The notes under the pieces are model-generated. The model did no database searches. It was not told the origin of the DNA and saw nothing but the letters and a program-made list of their open reading frames with translations. A program made the translations under genes and the position numbers. Source: Candidatus Latescibacterota bacterium (GTDB lineage: Bacteria; Latescibacterota; UBA2968; SICM01). Taken from it: a DNA stretch of 64,000 nt. Within the stretch, counting starts at the first letter, position 1; every line of letters starts with the position of its first letter. The stretch is from NCBI GenBank assembly GCA_965217865.1, contig CBDCJO010000002.1:3584001-3648000 (forward strand). Reading direction: 5' to 3'. Positions 1-10,858 of this stretch are shown piece after piece.

Positions 1-698
1 GGTCTTATGATTGGGATGTCCCACCAATCTTCAGGGAAACGCCCCCTGGCGTTGAGTTCGCACACGCCAGACGCGGGGGCTGCACCTCCCAAGCTCGTTT
101 TTTTGTGTCCCGCTCTGCGTTTGCTGGATTCCGAATACGGAAGCCTTACGGAATCAGGGTTGAAGGTTGAGCGGGGAGTTTTTTCGTAACACAGCAGAAC
201 GTCATGACACCTTGAAAAATGACGTTGGTTCCGGCTTGCCATTCTTTTGTAGCACCATGTAATTTCATTCTTAAAGTTTCCCGGCCCGAATACCGCGTCC
301 ATAAGCAGCTTCAGGTAGTGGCTGGCCGTAGGGTCACAATGCAGGTATAGGCTACCCGTATTCTTCAAGAGGCGATGCATTTCAATGATTCGGACACCCA
401 TCATGCAGAGGTAGGATTGCATCCCTTTTCCGTGAGTGATGCCAGACGCTTCCAGAACCTTATACATTGCGGGGTGTTTGTCGGCGATAATACCCATCCA
501 GGCAACATCCAAGTCGGACAACGACCATGAATCCTTGAAGGCTGCCCCTGCCGCCTTGCTCCCCACGGGTGCGGCATAGGTGCGGTTGGAGTTGAACGGG
601 GGGTCCAGATAAATCAGATCGACGCTCTCGGAGTTCATCCCACGCATGATGTCCAGGTTGTCTCCCGTCCACATAGTCCGGTTCTTAAAGTTGGGCAT
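1..698 (-). CDS. Site-specific DNA methyltransferase (N6-A/N4-C, DPPF motif first), 3' end runs off the window
   Basis: Not in the ORF track; hand translation from ATG at 698 gives MPNFKNRTMWTGDNLDIMRGMNSESVDLIYLDPPFNS...GSLYLHCDPTASHYLKLLMDAVFG...NEITW, open to base 1. Confidence 0.9.
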   Translation of the reverse strand, partial: MPNFKNRTMWTGDNLDIMRGMNSESVDLIYLDPPFNSNRTYAAPVGSKAAGAAFKDSWSLSDLDVAWMGIIADKHPAMYKVLEASGITHGKGMQSYLCMMGVRIIEMHRLLKNTGSLYLHCDPTASHYLKLLMDAVFGPGNFKNEITWCYKRMASRNQRHFSRCHDVLLCYEKTPRSTFNPDSVRLPYSESSKRRAGHKKTSLGGAAPASGVCELNARGRFPEDWWDIPIIR

Positions 699-709
699 GG
701 CGTGAAGTT

Positions 710-1208
710 ACTCACTCTGGCTTGGGAAGTCAAGCCTTAATCTGCTAATTGCGAAAGGGAAATGGGGTAAAGTAGCCCTGTTTTTTACGGGGATCATCAC
801 CTTGATTCCGTGGTGGATTTTTAAAATCATATACGCCGCCGATATAAAGCCTGGATTGGCTCCGGGTGAGGGAGGCTTTTCCTGGCACGCGGATGCCCCC
901 GCCCTCCTGTGGCGCTTCGTTATCCAAGGACCATCGCACAACATCTTTTGGATCTTTGTTTTCATTATGATCGTATTGAATTTGAAACCGTGTATGACAG
1001 ATAAAATCGGTCGCGGATTGGTCGGCATGGTTTTGATATCTTTATTTGTCCTCTTTGTTATTTTTGCGGAACCGGCCTCTACAAATTTCTGCACGATCAA
1101 ACGACTATCCATCGAAGTATGTTACAGCTTTACGGAGTTGCGACATTAACCGCGACTTACGGAATTTGGTTAAGAATCCATTTTCAAAGGAACTTCCGCA
1201 AGAGATAA
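710..1208 (+). pseudogene. C-terminal fragment of a polytopic membrane protein, paralog of 1907..3246
   Basis: PWWIFK...GFSWHADAP.LLW...HNIFWIF and, after a frameshift, TIHRSMLQLYG match the downstream paralog; N-terminal two-thirds absent. Confidence 0.7.
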
Positions 1209-1225
1209 AAGGGACATAATAGGAT

Positions 1226-1834
1226 TTGAGATCGATTGTGAAATTTATGAATTATTTAATCGCGCTGTCTTTTCTTATTGCCAGCACCTATTCCGGGGCA
1301 GAAGCAACTCCCAACAGGACCCTGATTAAGGGGAGGATTCCCATTCAGGGGAAAGTACTCCAATTAGGCTTACCTCAAGATGATGTTTCGTTTGAGGTCC
1401 TATGGGTTGGGGAAGACGGCAACCAGTGGGTTAAAAAATTGATTTCGAAAAGGGGAACACATCTATTTGAAATGAGAGACCATCCTGAATGGAAGGGAAT
1501 CGCAAAAGGCATCATGATCACACAATTTCAGGGGATCGCTGTTGCGTTGAAGGAACCTTCGCTTAGAGACGAATTTGCGATTTTCCTAACCCCAGAAAGA
1601 TTATATGTCAGCACGGTCAATATTTTGAGAGGATACACTTTCATGGGCTGGGCCTGGCAAACCTGCTTGCTGTTCTCCTTATTGGTTTTTATGGCTATCG
1701 TGTATTTCTTCAAAAGAAATTTATCCGTAGCACTTTTATTAGGATTTGTCATTACCCTGGTCGGGGTGGATCTGCGATCCGCATATGACCACTATTCCAT
1801 TCTAAAAAACATTGAAGATGATGGATTCCAATGA
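1226..1834 (+). CDS. Hypothetical membrane protein (signal peptide plus two C-terminal TM segments)
   Basis: 202-aa ORF with hydrophobic N-terminus and hydrophobic segments near the C-terminus. Confidence 0.55.
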   Translation: MRSIVKFMNYLIALSFLIASTYSGAEATPNRTLIKGRIPIQGKVLQLGLPQDDVSFEVLWVGEDGNQWVKKLISKRGTHLFEMRDHPEWKGIAKGIMITQFQGIAVALKEPSLRDEFAIFLTPERLYVSTVNILRGYTFMGWAWQTCLLFSLLVFMAIVYFFKRNLSVALLLGFVITLVGVDLRSAYDHYSILKNIEDDGFQ

Positions 1835-1906
1835 CTGGAATCTGGAGGGAGAATTCTTGGTGACCATTGAAGATGGAGGCTTGATCATCACCAAGAGAGA
1901 CAAAAA

Positions 1907-3246
1907 ATGAATACTTTCTTTGCGATAATCGTCCATGTGATGTTGAATATATGGATAGGGTGGACCTTTTTAAGGCTCGGTTCAAAGGACAGGAATGGGG
2001 GGGAGGTGTTAACGATTTCGTTTCTGATCGGTTTCTATTTGGAAACTCTGTTCATTGGCTCAATGGGTTTCCTGGGAATACCAATCCTTACAGCCTTAAT
2101 TACGATCCTCATCATCACTTCAATAATTTTTGGACTATCGTTGTTTCTTAAGGGCATTTCGGTTCCAAGATTAACGATGGAACGATTAAAATGGTACGAT
2201 TGGTTGCTTATTCTTTCGGTTGGGGAAAAAATTGTTTTCGGATGGATGAAACTGACACGTACGCCTTTGTATTCCGATGATACGTTTACGCATTGGGCGG
2301 GACGCGGACGCGCCATATTCGGTCAATTCAACTGGTCTTTTAATCCCGAGTCAGAGGTTTTCCTCGGTCTTACGGGGAACAAAGGGTATCCTCTCGGAAT
2401 ACCGATATGGCGTGCGGTAACCGCTCACTTCAACGGAGAATGGAACGATATCATCGCACGAGCCGATGGCATGATATTCTTTATTTCGATGGTAGCCATC
2501 ATCTGGCTCGCGGTCTGGCGATTCTCCGGGGTGCGCTGGCTGGCAACCGGATCCGCATTTATCTTATCTGCACTACCGCTCCAGATATGGCACGGTGTTG
2601 CCGGTTACGGCGATATTGCCGTAGAGACATTCTTGATTGCAGGCACCGCCGCACTCTTACGGAAAGATCTGATTTTAGGCGGAATATTCGCCGCCGGTGC
2701 GGCGTGGATGAAGAACGACGGATTGTTATATCTTCCCGCCTTCCTCATCATGGCCCTGTTGACCCCTCTATCGTCGAAGCAAATCGTGGGATTTGGATGG
2801 TTTCGCAGGAGGGAATGGGGTGGATTATCGATTGTTCTACTGGGGATGATGACACTTTTGCCTTGGTGGATATTTAAGTCCGTTTATTCTCCGGATATTG
2901 TTGCTGCCGGACAGGGGTTTTCATGGCACGCAGATGCCCCCGTCCTTCTTTGGTTGGCTGTCATCAAAGGCGCCACTCATAATATTTTTTGGATCTTCCT
3001 TCCGGTTTCTATTCTGATAACCATTCGAAGGTTAGCAGATGATGCTGTCGGTCGTGGTTTGGCCGGGATGCTCTTCGCGGCTATCCTGGCCCCATCGGCT
3101 TCGTTTTCAGTTGTACCGAGGCCTATGAATTTCTTAGGAATCAGATGACGATCCATCGCAGTATGCTCCAAGTTTACGGCATATCGATCCTGGTTATGGC
3201 CTACGGGGTATGGTTGAAAATATCCCCCGTGAAAAAGACGTCGTAA
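1907..3246 (+). CDS. Polytopic membrane protein, probable GT-C-fold glycosyltransferase; frameshift near 3100
   Basis: Many TM helices; SDDTFTHW, YPLG.P, GYGD and KNDG motifs; alternative frame continues FSCTEAYEFLRNQMTIHRSMLQ to TAA at 3246. Confidence 0.6.
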
Positions 3247-3279
3247 GTTTTTTCGAAATACGAAGGGAGACGAATTCAG

Positions 3280-4557
3280 ATGCTTCAATCTCCGAGGACT
3301 GTTCTTATCAAAGCCGACAAGCTGGTGGACGGATGCGACGGCTCCGCACGCCCCAACCAGGCCGTATTGATAACCGAGGACAGGATCACCTCTGTCGGCC
3401 CTGAAGAGGTGATTCGGAAGCAGGCAAGGCGGGATGCAGAGGTCGTTGACCTTGGGGCCTCCTGTCTTTCCCCGGGGTTGATCGATGGCCATACGCATCT
3501 CAGCCTCGCGGGGGATGGACGCAACTATGTCGAAATGTTTTCCGAGTCAGATGAGATGATGGTCCTGACCGGTGCCTTGAATCTTCGGCGCCATCTGTCC
3601 GCAGGGGTTACCACGATCCGCGAACATGGCGCCCGCAACGTTGTGGGGTTTACCCTGAAAGAGGATTTGAAACGCGGTTATATTCCGGGTCCGCGGATGC
3701 TTGTGAGCGGCCGGCCTATCACCTGTACGGGCGGTCATTTCCACATGTGTAACGAGATTGCCGATGGAGAGGGGGAATTGCGTCGGTCGGTGAGGCGTCT
3801 TGTACACGAGGGAGCGGATTACATCAAGATTATGGCATCCGGCGGGGGAACAGAGGGAACGATCCCGGGACGTGCCACTTACACGACCGAGGAGCTGGCG
3901 GCGGTCGTTCACGAGTCCCATCACTTCGGGCGGTTAACGGCGGCGCATTGCCGGGCAAAGGCGTCTATGGTCCGGGCGGTTCAAGCTGGAATCGACCTGA
4001 TGGAACACGCGGAATTTCTGGACCCCGACGATCAGTTGCGATTCGATCCGAAGGTCGCCGAGATGATGGCGGAATCCGGCATATGGATTAGCCCAACGCT
4101 CCAGGCATGGACCCAGTATCCCCAAATCGTTCGACTTCGCGCCAAACGCGACGCAGGAACGCTAACCGGACAGGAGCAGGAGGCGTTAAAAAACCTCGAA
4201 GCCCGGGCGGAGTTACGCTTGGATGTCATGAGGCGAATGCTCGACTATGGACTCAAAGACCGGGTGGTGCCCGGTACAGACTCGGGGGTAGGGGACCTGG
4301 CTTTTGGACATCTGGACTACGATCTCAGGTTGCTCGTTCAAGCGGGGTTCACCCCCGCAGAAGCTCTGATTTCCGCAACCCGCATCTCCGCGGAGGCGAT
4401 TGGTCAGGGGAGTGAAATCGGGACTATCGAGCCCGGAAAGATAGCAGACCTCGTCGCCTTCGACGGAGATCCGACAAAAGACATCGATGCCGTCAGCCGG
4501 GTGGTCGCAGTGTTTCAATCCGGCCAGCAGATCCAGAATCGTGCAAAAGACATATAA
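3280..4557 (+). CDS. Metal-dependent amidohydrolase (imidazolonepropionase/prolidase-like)
   Basis: PGLIDGHTH, GADYIKIMASGG, AAHC, EHA, GTDSG, GTIEPGKIADLV. Confidence 0.9.
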   Translation: MLQSPRTVLIKADKLVDGCDGSARPNQAVLITEDRITSVGPEEVIRKQARRDAEVVDLGASCLSPGLIDGHTHLSLAGDGRNYVEMFSESDEMMVLTGALNLRRHLSAGVTTIREHGARNVVGFTLKEDLKRGYIPGPRMLVSGRPITCTGGHFHMCNEIADGEGELRRSVRRLVHEGADYIKIMASGGGTEGTIPGRATYTTEELAAVVHESHHFGRLTAAHCRAKASMVRAVQAGIDLMEHAEFLDPDDQLRFDPKVAEMMAESGIWISPTLQAWTQYPQIVRLRAKRDAGTLTGQEQEALKNLEARAELRLDVMRRMLDYGLKDRVVPGTDSGVGDLAFGHLDYDLRLLVQAGFTPAEALISATRISAEAIGQGSEIGTIEPGKIADLVAFDGDPTKDIDAVSRVVAVFQSGQQIQNRAKDI

Positions 4558-4566
4558 GGAGGCGTC

Positions 4567-5055
4567 ATGAACAGCGATATCATCGTTCTGGTCAGCTTCG
4601 GTTTGAGCATGATCACCTGGGGATTGATCGGTAAATGGTATGTCATGCCCCGGCTCAACGCCATGCCGCGGCCGGACGCACTTACTCCCCTTCTTCTCTT
4701 TCACAGCTTCCGCCATATCGGGTTGGTCTTCCTCGTCCCCGGGGTGGTGTCGCATTCCCTGACCCCTGCGTTCGCTTATCCGGCGGCTTACGGGGATTTG
4801 TTGGCGGCGATTCTGGGCCTTATCGCGATCGGGGCCCTGCGGATGGGTTGCGGCGGGGCTGTTCCGCTGGTCTGGATCTTCAACTTGGAAGGAACGGTGG
4901 ACTTGCTTTACGCGGTTTTTCAAGGCATCCGAAATCACGTGGCCGAGCAGCTGGGCGCGGCCTACTTCATTCCTGCGATCGTTGTCCCGGCGTTGTTGAT
5001 CACGCACTATATGATATTCCAATTGCTTTTGAGGAAGGCCGACGATGGACGATAG
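4567..5055 (+). CDS. Conserved hypothetical membrane protein
   Basis: RBS AAGGAGG; 4-5 TM segments; LLLFHSFRHIG, AYPAAYGDL. Confidence 0.7.
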   Translation: MNSDIIVLVSFGLSMITWGLIGKWYVMPRLNAMPRPDALTPLLLFHSFRHIGLVFLVPGVVSHSLTPAFAYPAAYGDLLAAILGLIAIGALRMGCGGAVPLVWIFNLEGTVDLLYAVFQGIRNHVAEQLGAAYFIPAIVVPALLITHYMIFQLLLRKADDGR

Positions 5056-5231
5056 ACGATGGACGATTTAAGATTGGAGGTCGGAGGTCGGAGGTCAGGG
5101 GGGGAAATTGAAGATCCAAAATTGAAGATCGAATATTGAAGCCAGGTCAATAGACGACAAGAAAATCCTTGGTTGTTCCTAATATTCAATTTTCCGATAT
5201 TCAATGTTCAACGAAGTTTGAGAGGTCAAAA

Positions 5232-5636
5232 ATGGCAGAAAAGATCAGAAAGACGGACGAAGAGTGGCAGGCGATGCTCACGTCCGAACAATACCACGTC
5301 ACCCGGAAGCACGGAACCGAACCGGCCTTTACGGGTGAATACCACAACTTCAAAGGAGAAGGCGAATATCGGTGTGTCTGTTGTGGAAACGACTTGTTCA
5401 GCTCTGAGACAAAGTTTGACTCCGGGACGGGCTGGCCGAGCTTTTGGGAACCCATTGCGGATAGGTGCGTCCAAAAGATCACGGACAGGAGTTTCGGCAT
5501 GGCGAGGACTGAAGTCACGTGCAGCAGGTGCGATGGTCACCTTGGACACGTTTTTGACGATGGTCCGCAGCCGACGGGTCTTCGCTACTGTATCAATTCG
5601 GCGGCCTTGAATTTTGTCGAAAAAAAGGATGTGTAA
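5232..5636 (+). CDS. msrB: Peptide-methionine (R)-S-oxide reductase
   Basis: [35 protein letters not shown], two CxxC; start at MAEKI. Confidence 0.95.
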   Translation: MAEKIRKTDEEWQAMLTSEQYHVTRKHGTEPAFTGEYHNFKGEGEYRCVCCGNDLFSSETKFDSGTGWPSFWEPIADRCVQKITDRSFGMARTEVTCSRCDGHLGHVFDDGPQPTGLRYCINSAALNFVEKKDV

Positions 5637-5864
5637 AGGCGAGTGGAAATATGAATCGGGTTGTTGGGCTGAGGGAATGGGTCGATCGGGCCTTCGTTTT
5701 TTGTTTGCGAATGGATATCCATGGTGTAAATTTACTCCTGAAGGCAGTCTTTGAATCATTCGGATTTCGTCCTCCTCGGACCGGCAACTTTGAAAGGTGG
5801 TAACCGTTTACGGGATCGAGCAAGGGGGCATCGCGTACGCACCTTTATGGAAGGGAATCACGCC

Positions 5865-6314
5865 ATGAATCGTATACCCGGCCTCCTGAGCTGTCTCATC
5901 CTCTCCTTGTTCATTGCGTGCGGCGGAGATAACAACCCTCTCAAACCGACCGTTGTAAACCCGGCGGACTTTATTACGACGAGCAGCGGTTTGAAGTATT
6001 TCGACGTCGTTGTGGGGACGGGTGAGTCACCTCTGGTTGGGAACCTGGTTTTAGTCCATTATAGAGCCTGGTTCGAAGATGGAACCCTTTTCGAAGATTC
6101 GAGAGATCAGGGAAGCCCCATCATCTTCGAAGTGGGTGCGGATGAGGTGATCGACGGATGGGAGGAAGGAATTCGGGGGATGAGGGAAGGGGGATTGCGG
6201 CAGCTGGTGATCCCCCCGGCTCTGGCTTACGGCGCAACGGGAACATCGGTGATTCCTGCGAATTCGACCCTGATTTTTGAAGTCAACTTGATTGGAGTCG
6301 CCGATCCGGGATGA
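5865..6314 (+). CDS. FKBP-type peptidyl-prolyl isomerase, lipoprotein
   Basis: Lipobox LFIAC; VHYR..FEDGTLFEDS, VIDGWEEG, IPPALAYG, IPANSTLIFEV. Confidence 0.92.
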   Translation: MNRIPGLLSCLILSLFIACGGDNNPLKPTVVNPADFITTSSGLKYFDVVVGTGESPLVGNLVLVHYRAWFEDGTLFEDSRDQGSPIIFEVGADEVIDGWEEGIRGMREGGLRQLVIPPALAYGATGTSVIPANSTLIFEVNLIGVADPG

Positions 6315-6345
6315 AATCTCCGATAGGATTCGCTGAAAGTCATAC

Positions 6346-6516
6346 TCACGGTTCCTTATTCTCGGTCTTAGATGATTCCCTGTGCTGCAGGTCTATGCTC
6401 CTGAAAAGGGATCGGATGTCTTTTAATCCTCCGATCGCCACAACGACGGCCACCGCAGCGAAGATGAGCATTCCGATCAAAAGTTGTACCCCCCAGAATG
6501 CACTCCAGAATTCCAC
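6346..6516 (-). CDS. Small single-TM protein (56 aa) downstream of the SSS symporter
   Basis: Below the ORF-track cutoff; RBS AAGGAGG, GTG start, MEFWSAFWGVQLLIGMLIFAAVAVVVAIGGLKDIRSLFRSIDLQHRESSKTENKEP. Confidence 0.75.
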   Translation of the reverse strand: MEFWSAFWGVQLLIGMLIFAAVAVVVAIGGLKDIRSLFRSIDLQHRESSKTENKEP

Positions 6517-6518
6517 GT

Positions 6519-8210
6519 TCAATCCTCCTTAGTCCGTTCGGATAAACCCCCGCCGGGGAAAACGAGGGAGCCGACCACCATCAGGATCAGGGCGAGGGCT
6601 GTCGTGCCCAGACCGATTTGGGCGCCAGACAGTATATCCAGACCCACGGCCTTTTTGACAGGAACGAGGCCCAGGACGGACGTGAGCCCTGCTCCAAGCG
6701 CCAGGTATGCCCCGGTTTTGCTTGCCCGTTTCCAATAGAGGCCGGTGCAGAGCAGGGCGAATGCCCCCGTAAAGTATATCGCGCCGCTCACGAGGAGATA
6801 ATCCCAGAGGTCCTGGCCGAGTTCATACCAGAGGCCCCAGACGATAAGGAATAAACCGATGGCAAGAATAAAGACCCGGGTGAGGAGGAGTCGGTTCCGG
6901 GTGCTCATCGTATTTCCTGTCGCAGGAGCGACCACATCGTGGGTCAGGACAGATGCCCAGCAGAGCAGGTAGCTGTCGTGGGTGGACATAAAGGCAGCCA
7001 GGAGACCGGCCCCTATCAGGCCGATAACACCCGCGGGAAGGATTTGGCTGAGGAAGACGGGCATGGCCTGGAGGGTTACCATCGGATCACCAACGGGCAC
7101 TCCTTCCGGGGCGAAGAAGACGCCGCGAAGGACGTCGTTTTTAAAGAGGTAGACAAGGGCGCATATCCCGAGAAATTGAGGAACGGTAAAGCGTACGAGA
7201 AACCCGATTGAGGACCAGATATAGAGCTTTTTGACCACGGCAGGGCTTTCCGCGGCGCATGCCCTCATGACGGCGGTTTGCCATACCGCGCATCCGACGA
7301 TTCCTGCCGTAAAGATCATCCAGACCACATAAGAAGGGCCGAAATCTCCACCGTGATGAAAGGGATCGAAACCGGGATCACCGTGGATGGTCCGGACCGT
7401 TTCAACAATATTGTGCCACCCCAGTTTGTTGACCGCTATCCCACATGCCAGGATTATCCCAAATGAGAGGATAACGAACTGGATATAATCGGTGATCACA
7501 ACCGAGACCATCCCACCTAGGATCGTGTAGGACAGGACAAGCAGCAACAAGACGGTCATGACCAGAGACACGTAGGTGGGATCGTGGAGCCCGGTCAGAC
7601 CGGTGACAAAGATGGCCCCTGCCTTGAGGAACAAACCCATGTTGAGGATGCCAGCCAGGGAGAGCAACAAACCTCCGAAGATGCGCACCCCCCGGCCGAA
7701 ACGTCTTTCGTAAAATTCCGGGATCGTCATCACACCCATTTCGCGCAGGGGGACGACGATGAAACCCGTCAAACCGATTATGAGGGTGACGACCCCCGCG
7801 ATGAGACCGATATGAAAAGCAGCGAATCCGCCTGTAAACCCCTTTTGGGCCGAGTACATGACGGTTACCAGACCGAGTTCGCTACCGATCATCGTGGCTA
7901 TGCCCAGATGGGGTTTGAGGGACCGTCCGGCTACGATGTAGTCGCTCATGTTCCGGATGTACCTGTTGGCATACAAACCGATTGCGACTGTACCGGCCAA
8001 GTAAAGGGCGACAATCGTCCAGTCGAACGCTCCAAAATTAGAGATGATGTCTCTTAGAGGATCTCCCTCCACGGGTTTCTCCAATGGGAAAGTCGTGGTT
8101 CGGAAAGGACGTAGATCGTGATTCTTGACTCGTGGATCGTCCCAACTAAGCTCGAAAAATAGGGTTCCTTCACACCGATTGTCAAGCCAATAGGTCAAGG
8201 ACCCTGACAA
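6519..8210 (-). CDS. Sodium:solute symporter family protein (true start probably near 8072)
   Basis: DYIVAGRSL, TIPEFYERRFG, GGMVSVVITD, LLAAFMSTHDS; the annotated N-terminus overlaps an intergenic heptamer repeat. Confidence 0.92.
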   Translation of the reverse strand: MSGSLTYWLDNRCEGTLFFELSWDDPRVKNHDLRPFRTTTFPLEKPVEGDPLRDIISNFGAFDWTIVALYLAGTVAIGLYANRYIRNMSDYIVAGRSLKPHLGIATMIGSELGLVTVMYSAQKGFTGGFAAFHIGLIAGVVTLIIGLTGFIVVPLREMGVMTIPEFYERRFGRGVRIFGGLLLSLAGILNMGLFLKAGAIFVTGLTGLHDPTYVSLVMTVLLLLVLSYTILGGMVSVVITDYIQFVILSFGIILACGIAVNKLGWHNIVETVRTIHGDPGFDPFHHGGDFGPSYVVWMIFTAGIVGCAVWQTAVMRACAAESPAVVKKLYIWSSIGFLVRFTVPQFLGICALVYLFKNDVLRGVFFAPEGVPVGDPMVTLQAMPVFLSQILPAGVIGLIGAGLLAAFMSTHDSYLLCWASVLTHDVVAPATGNTMSTRNRLLLTRVFILAIGLFLIVWGLWYELGQDLWDYLLVSGAIYFTGAFALLCTGLYWKRASKTGAYLALGAGLTSVLGLVPVKKAVGLDILSGAQIGLGTTALALILMVVGSLVFPGGGLSERTKED

Positions 8211-8268
8211 ATCCGTCGAGGGGTCTAGGGGTTATAAAATCAAAGCCGGCTAACCAAGAAAAACCGAT

Positions 8269-8799
8269 TTGGAGGCCAAGATGAAACGGTATGTTTGGCT
8301 GATATTGATCTTCTCTGCTGTGGCCATGCCCGTTGAAGCCGACGAGGACCGCGATGATTTCGAAAGGGGTGGTTATGGGGGAGGAGGGCCCAAATTTTCC
8401 CAGGTGGACGGCGATTTGGGCATTTTTCTGGGGGGGTATGGGGGATTTCTGATCAATCCCACCTTTATGATCGGAGGCGGAGGCTACAACCTGGTCGGAA
8501 GGGATTCTGAGGTGCTTATGGGTTATGGGGGTGTGGTTCTCGAGGTCATCACACCTTCGATCATCCCGATCAACGCTTCGGCAAACGTTTTAATCGGTGG
8601 GGGGAACGTGGATTTTGTTAATGTGAGTGCCCATAACGTCTTGATCGTCGAACCCGCTATAAATCTGGAGGTTATTGTATCGAAAAGGATTCGAATCGGT
8701 CTCGGTGCAAGTTACCGTTCGGTTAGGGGAGCGGGTGGAAGGAATTCGGATCTGGAGGGTGCATCGGGAAATCTCATATTGAAATTCGGAAGATTTTGA
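8269..8799 (+). CDS. Small outer-membrane beta-barrel protein
   Basis: Signal peptide, Gly-rich amphipathic strands, C-terminal Phe (LILKFGRF). Confidence 0.7.
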   Translation: MEAKMKRYVWLILIFSAVAMPVEADEDRDDFERGGYGGGGPKFSQVDGDLGIFLGGYGGFLINPTFMIGGGGYNLVGRDSEVLMGYGGVVLEVITPSIIPINASANVLIGGGNVDFVNVSAHNVLIVEPAINLEVIVSKRIRIGLGASYRSVRGAGGRNSDLEGASGNLILKFGRF

Positions 8800-8925
8800 G
8801 AGATCCCTCGCGCCAACCACTCAGGTTGTCTTAAGTGTCGATTGGTGACCTGATTTTATCAAAAATTATGTTCGGGCATATGAAAATCAGATCTCGTCCG
8901 AATCTCAGTTTCTAAGGGAAGTTCA

Positions 8926-8955
8926 AAGCCCGGGATTACGATCCCGGCTTTTTTA
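8926..8955 (+). terminator. Intrinsic terminator
   Basis: AAAGCCCGGGAT-TACG-ATCCCGGCTTTTTT hairpin plus T tract. Confidence 0.65.
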
Positions 8956-9019
8956 TTGACTTCTCACCGCAGCGGTTATTTCTTATTCGAAACCCACTAA
9001 AGGATTTCGGGATCCAAAT

Positions 9020-10858
9020 ATGGAAGACAGAGGGAAAACAAAAGGACAACTCGTGTCCGAACTGGCCGAAATACGTCGTCGGGTAGCTGAATTGGAGGCA
9101 TCCGATTCGGGACAAAGACGGACCGAGGCGGCTTTGCGCGACAGCGAAGAGCGGTTTCATAAGATCTTTGAACATTCGAACGATGCGATTTTCGTGATCG
9201 ATCCGGAAAGAGATAAAATCCTGGACGCCAATCCGGGTGCCTGTAAAATGCTCGGGTATTCGAGGAAGGAGTTGTTGGCCCTATCGGTGTCCGCCATCCA
9301 TCCGGACGAGATGCCCAGACTCCAGGCCTTTGCGCAGTCTGTCTTTGAAGCGGGACAGGGATGGACCGACGAACTGACTTGCTTCACCAAATCAGGCAGT
9401 TGTTTGCCATCCGAGATCTCCGCGTCGATGATCGATATGGACGAAGGGAGATGCATGATCGCCCTCGTTCGCGACATCAGCAAGCGCAAACTGGCGGAGG
9501 AAGCCCTTCGGAGAAGGGAAGAACAGTATCGGGATCTTTACGAAAACGCACCCATTGCTTACTTGTCGGTCGGCATTGACGGCCTAATCCGGAGGGCCAA
9601 TCAGAAGGCGGTGCACCTATCAGGGTATTCCTTGAAGGACCTGACGGGGAAGCCGGTTATCGAACTGTATGCGGACACGGGGGAGGGAAAAGAAAAAGCC
9701 CATAGACTTATTGAAAGGTTTCGTTCCGGGGAAGGTATCGACGGCGAAGAACTTGAAATGCGCCGGTCAGACGGCCGGTCGGTCTGGATCAGCCTGACGG
9801 TTCGGGCCGTTCTGGATTCGGATGGACAGGTCGTTGAATCCCGCTCGATGCTGGTAGACATCACCGAACGGGTGCAAGTGGAGCAAGCACTCACCGATGA
9901 GGTCAAAACCAAATACAATTATGAGGAGATTATCGGGAGGAGCAATGCGATCCAGGATGTGTTGAAACAGGTCGCCCCGGTTGCGCCGACAGACGCCACA
10001 GTCCTGGTCCACGGTGAGACAGGAACAGGGAAGGAGCTGGTCTGCCGTGCCATTCATCACCTGAGTCCGCGAAGCGCCAAGCCCCTGGTCAAGCTGAACT
10101 GCGCCGCGATTCCACCCGGCCTGGTCGAGAGCGAGCTGTTCGGACACGAAAAGGGGGCCTTTACCGGGGCGATCTCTCAGAAACAGGGGCGCTTTGAACT
10201 TGCGCACGGGGGAACCATCTTCCTGGATGAGATCGGAGATCTCCCACTTGAGGCCCAGACTAAACTCCTGAGGGTGCTGGAGGAACAGGCCTTTGAAAGG
10301 GTGGGCGGGACCCGGACGATCAAGATCGATACAAGGGTCATTGCCGCGACGCATCGGGATCTCGAAAAGATGGTGAAAGAGAATGAATTCCGTCAGGACT
10401 TGTTTTACAGGTTGAATGTCTTTCCGGTCACGCTTCCACCGCTGCGAGAACGTGTGGAAGATATACCCCTTCTTGCCAATTATTTTGTCCGAAGGGTATG
10501 TTCCCGGTTGGGAAGGCCTCCGTGTGTACTCACCGACGGGGCGATGAAGAGACTGAAAGACTATTCCTGGCCGGGGAATGTACGAGAACTCGAGAATATT
10601 ATCGAACGGTCGATAATATTGTGCGGGGGCCGATCCATCGATCAGGAACATATTCAAGTAGAAGCGGGACAGCAGGAAGATACGGAAAGAAAGATTCGCC
10701 CCATGAGTGATGTTGAAAAGGGACATATCATTGAAGCCCTCAAAGCGGCAAATGGTAAGGTGAGCGGAGGGGGCGGTGCGGCAGAGCTCCTGGGTTTGAA
10801 ACCCACCACCCTGGAGTCCAGGATGAAAAAACTTGGAATAGATCGAGCGCAACATTGA
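9020..10858 (+). CDS. Sigma54-dependent activator (two PAS, AAA+, HTH; FhlA-like)
   Basis: Two PAS domains, GETGTGKE, intact GAFTGA, FLDEIGD, WPGNVRELEN, C-terminal HTH. Confidence 0.95.
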   Translation: MEDRGKTKGQLVSELAEIRRRVAELEASDSGQRRTEAALRDSEERFHKIFEHSNDAIFVIDPERDKILDANPGACKMLGYSRKELLALSVSAIHPDEMPRLQAFAQSVFEAGQGWTDELTCFTKSGSCLPSEISASMIDMDEGRCMIALVRDISKRKLAEEALRRREEQYRDLYENAPIAYLSVGIDGLIRRANQKAVHLSGYSLKDLTGKPVIELYADTGEGKEKAHRLIERFRSGEGIDGEELEMRRSDGRSVWISLTVRAVLDSDGQVVESRSMLVDITERVQVEQALTDEVKTKYNYEEIIGRSNAIQDVLKQVAPVAPTDATVLVHGETGTGKELVCRAIHHLSPRSAKPLVKLNCAAIPPGLVESELFGHEKGAFTGAISQKQGRFELAHGGTIFLDEIGDLPLEAQTKLLRVLEEQAFERVGGTRTIKIDTRVIAATHRDLEKMVKENEFRQDLFYRLNVFPVTLPPLRERVEDIPLLANYFVRRVCSRLGRPPCVLTDGAMKRLKDYSWPGNVRELENIIERSIILCGGRSIDQEHIQVEAGQQEDTERKIRPMSDVEKGHIIEALKAANGKVSGGGGAAELLGLKPTTLESRMKKLGIDRAQH

